Of a DNA stretch of 64,000 bases, positions 62,501 to 64,000 are shown piece by piece. The stretch's first letter is position 1; the number at the start of each line of letters is the position of its first letter. The notes beneath the pieces are model-generated. The model worked only from the letters and a program-made list of their open reading frames with translations, did no database searches and had not been told where the DNA came from. Made by a program: the position numbers and the translations under genes. The DNA lies in contig JAJDCB010000009.1 in assembly GCA_029261065.1 (NCBI GenBank), forward strand, positions 33,625-97,624, given 5' to 3'. Origin of the DNA: Candidatus Omnitrophota bacterium (GTDB lineage Bacteria > Omnitrophota > Gorgyraeia > Zapsychrales > Zapsychraceae).

Positions 62501-64000
62501 CTTTTGTACGCGAATCTCCAAATTTTGTTGCACTTAACGATTCAAAATCAACCATACCACCAAATAAACTTCGTGAGTATTGAGAGAATTCTGTTTCATC
62601 AAATCCAATGCTGTAGTTACCCCATTTCGCTTCAGATTTATCCCACTCAACGAGGACAAAGAGATTGCCTTGGGTATTAGTCGCATCATAATCGATATTT
62701 CCATCATCGCCGTATACAGGATAATACTCATCAGGATCTAGATTTCTAAAAAGTTCTTTACGTTTACGATTGCTATCAAAACTGGATGTAATCAAATATT
62801 TACCAAGAACCTTACCCTTTAAGTAATACGCTAGCTGACCTTCAGACCAGAAGCCATTTGTGAATTTCTCATCTTGTTCAACAACTTCGATGTTACCTCG
62901 CGTAAAGGTATAACCCATCTTTGCATCACCCATCGCGACAAAGAAGACACGATCTTCGCCAATTTTGAGTGGTCGGTTAAATGTTGAATATTTTCTTGTA
63001 TCTGAAGTCAAACTGGAAACATCCGTTAATGCCGCTAATCCACCCTCATCATAAACAAGACCTTCTTCATCCCCGTCTGGAATCTGCTGGACTTGTAAGA
63101 TGTAATCGCCTTTTGGCAAGATGACATCGACTTTATTTAAATCATCTGTTGCTTGGCGAAGATCGCCATCAATTAATTCGCGAGCTGTTAAAGCCTTAGC
63201 TTTCGTGACGGGGACATCAACAAATAACTGCCCATCTTTTATGACCCGAATACTCTTAAGGTTCGTTTGATTGCGATCAATAAATACGGTTTCCCCTTCA
63301 ACAAAAATGTTTTGAAGACGCACACTATTTACCGTCGATTGCCCCTTGGCCCATTGTGGATATTTTTCTCGTCTTGCATCTGTTGCTTCTATAAACTCCT
63401 CGTATTCTTCCTTTTCTTCAATCTCTCTAAAGTTTAAGAGTTGTGGTTTAGTTTCATCCCATTTACCCTTTGCATCTTCAACATATAGTAAGTATTGATA
63501 ATTGCGATCCGTTCGAACATACTCACCCGTCGCATCACGGCCATCCCATAGGATTGGATCATGAATATTTAAACGATTACCATCAAACTTACGGATGAGC
63601 CTATTAGTATCGCGATCAACGATTTCGAGTTTCCAATATTCTATAAAGGAAGCATAGTTGGTAAAAACCTTAAACTCGAGGGCTTCAACGGGGACATCTT
63701 CGTAAAGCACGAGTTCTTCATTAAAGAGACTTGTGTGCAATCGTGGTTTAGGACGTTTATCTTCTTGGACAACACTGACATCTTCTGTAAAGAACTGTAA
63801 GTTTTTATCTTGAGATATATCGTAATCTACATTGACACCAAAGTTCACCTTAGCCGTTAACCCTTTGGTGATATCAACGATGACAACTTTATTGGTGGTT
63901 AAATAACTTCCTTCGGGCAATGTTCGTTCATCTAATCTAAAGAGATGTCGTCCTGGTGTTAAGGCTGGAACACTAAAGCGTCCTTTCTGGTCTGTTGTAA
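59580..64000 (-). CDS. Giant beta-rich surface/outer-membrane-associated protein (>1470 aa; N-terminus beyond window end) with carboxypeptidase-regulatory-like and FlgD-Ig-like domains, Thr/Ser-rich segments and C-terminal TPR-like helical tail
   Basis: The ORF track starts it at a TTG (63918-63920), but the frame remains open to nt 64000 (...TTDQKGRFSVPALTPGRHLFRLDERT-L-PEGSYLTTNK...), so the true start is off-window. GRFSVP...PGRH resembles a CarboxypepD_reg domain. ILWDGRDATGEYVRTDRNYQY resembles an FlgD Ig-like domain. A long alternating/amphipathic T/S/G-rich beta region ends ...GEFAQIGIGYNFTEF.... The C-terminal ~120 aa are TPR-like (YYKNGQYDKAKKILEKIL). Confidence 0.6.
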   Translation of the reverse strand, partial: TTDQKGRFSVPALTPGRHLFRLDERTLPEGSYLTTNKVVIVDITKGLTAKVNFGVNVDYDISQDKNLQFFTEDVSVVQEDKRPKPRLHTSLFNEELVLYEDVPVEALEFKVFTNYASFIEYWKLEIVDRDTNRLIRKFDGNRLNIHDPILWDGRDATGEYVRTDRNYQYLLYVEDAKGKWDETKPQLLNFREIEEKEEYEEFIEATDARREKYPQWAKGQSTVNSVRLQNIFVEGETVFIDRNQTNLKSIRVIKDGQLFVDVPVTKAKALTARELIDGDLRQATDDLNKVDVILPKGDYILQVQQIPDGDEEGLVYDEGGLAALTDVSSLTSDTRKYSTFNRPLKIGEDRVFFVAMGDAKMGYTFTRGNIEVVEQDEKFTNGFWSEGQLAYYLKGKVLGKYLITSSFDSNRKRKELFRNLDPDEYYPVYGDDGNIDYDATNTQGNLFVLVEWDKSEAKWGNYSIGFDETEFSQYSRSLFGGMVDFESLSATKFGDSRTKVVAFHARTQQKSAHNEFLATGGSLYFLKHKDVIEGSDKVLIEVRDKITGLVVSSREMKEGADYEMDYNSGRILFWRPVPILVDTYSIISNDLLDGNLVYVITDYQYEVNEKLDESTAGTRVRQALSDNVIAGVTYVSETQDQTDYELRGTDVTVRLSEDASVTAEYAETVSESQGTFISTDGGLSFAELKTSEISSGSAYGIKGDARLFNRLGVSSYYKWIGNDFSSAATTSQQGKELSGFEVVYDLAEKTRLSARHDIQSLIHDGNAQTQLQLGAFKTSTSIVQVVHEIRDLKLTGEYQRQVTKSRIDKFDSQSEEIEDSLAIRGDYTVSDKLELSIEQQMTIHGAKNNQTTLGAIVKPTESITIEAKEVIATSGTATELDVTADVSERLSLTGGYAITTDKAGNVEKTSTMGAEAKISDEVEVRTSVTTDKAGQRTTTLGVGASKQVDEKTSVNTNIEMAKSVDDSSTTLSFGGDSQINDKTTTTSQFDLTDSKTEGRSSAMSFGSSSRLTQDLRVATNRAFGQTPEANTTDSTYSLIREKNGKKLEGSLTRAYSEGDKDITSSNIYGLSGDIDDRWAFSGSYERGEVQSHDGSESDRDVVSLGMGYSHTDEETGKALSSSTKLEARFDDGEENKRQYLVFSSVEGKLSSELTVFSKIEISKTRNETAGRYEAKHKELIIGAAYRPIYHDRLNILSRYTYLEERSPEGQEDKSDIEEESAHVMAVDVIYDLTDKWQVTEKFAYRIGEEKVTGFDFTKTHTWLMIHRLNYKIDSDWTIGSEFRILDVEEARDQKRGFLIEGARRVGEFAQIGIGYNFTEFDDDLTHLDYASEGPFMRITGSLYDQTQEEKDRNKQRWLQEKIAYWAWIMVDDELSRDDSPILYELNSYFVLAQKAHKDGRLEESQQIYRDIIMAGQMMFAEAAQYIQGQIDKEEKLKEMSTLADQYYKNGQYDKAKKILEKILEEVQGPMVE

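Overview
This is an AT-rich bacterial chromosomal segment (roughly mid-30s % GC by eye). It is almost entirely coding on the minus strand; only two genes read on the plus strand (a Gfo/Idh/MocA oxidoreductase and lpxB). The organism is diderm, judging from the LPS, msbA and AsmA genes. From low to high coordinates: (1) 1-6125, a Kdo2-lipid A / inner-core LPS block. It contains a partial GT4-GT9 fusion glycosyltransferase (absent from the supplied ORF track because its stop lies off-window), an LpxL-like acyltransferase fused to an ELM1/DUF1022-like domain, lpxK and waaA/kdtA. (2) 6138-23807, conserved housekeeping genes: xerC-like recombinase, topA, dprA, aroK, a prepilin peptidase, aroE, leuA, a small SAM-methyltransferase, ilvC, pfkA, ahcY, metK, a sugar-nucleotidyltransferase, and the ptsI-ptsH-yvcK-ptsN module. 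(3) 23879-24302, three tRNAs: Gly-GCC, Leu-UAG and Lys-UUU. (4) 24365-27070, the frr-pyrH-tsf-rpsB cluster. (5) An msbA-like ABC exporter, the Gfo/Idh/MocA oxidoreductase translationally coupled to lpxB, a Cys-rich secreted protein and a 90-aa unknown protein. (6) 32251-40357, a complete Bat (Bacteroides aerotolerance-type) operon: MoxR-DUF58-DUF4381-BatA-BatB-BatC-BatD-BatE. (7) A 1090-aa glycoside phosphorylase/hydrolase-like protein plus a polysaccharide deacetylase, then yqeY, yggU and a YgjP/WLM metallopeptidase. (8) 46271-64000, an approximately 18-kb same-strand cluster of envelope proteins. It comprises a PilZ-coiled-coil membrane protein, a TPR protein, a YfhO-like polytopic GT-C-type membrane protein, an AsmA-family protein, a DUF255/YyaL thioredoxin-fold protein, a 1535-aa secreted Lys/Glu-rich protein with ten dispersed BamD/YbgF-like TPR hairpins, and a giant beta-rich surface protein (more than 1470 aa, N-terminus off-window). 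I regard block (8) as the best candidate for an undescribed system. I found no CRISPR array, phage, transposase or recognisable defence system. Notable non-coding signals are a 29-bp perfect inverted repeat at 45345-45436, a 129-nt tandem duplication and a (KKS)6 9-nt simple-sequence repeat (SSR) inside the 1535-aa gene, GC-rich hairpins between the two giant genes, a hairpin between ilvC and leuA, and TTTTCGCG direct repeats upstream of the tRNA cluster. All calls rest on reading translated motifs by eye; no database searches were run.
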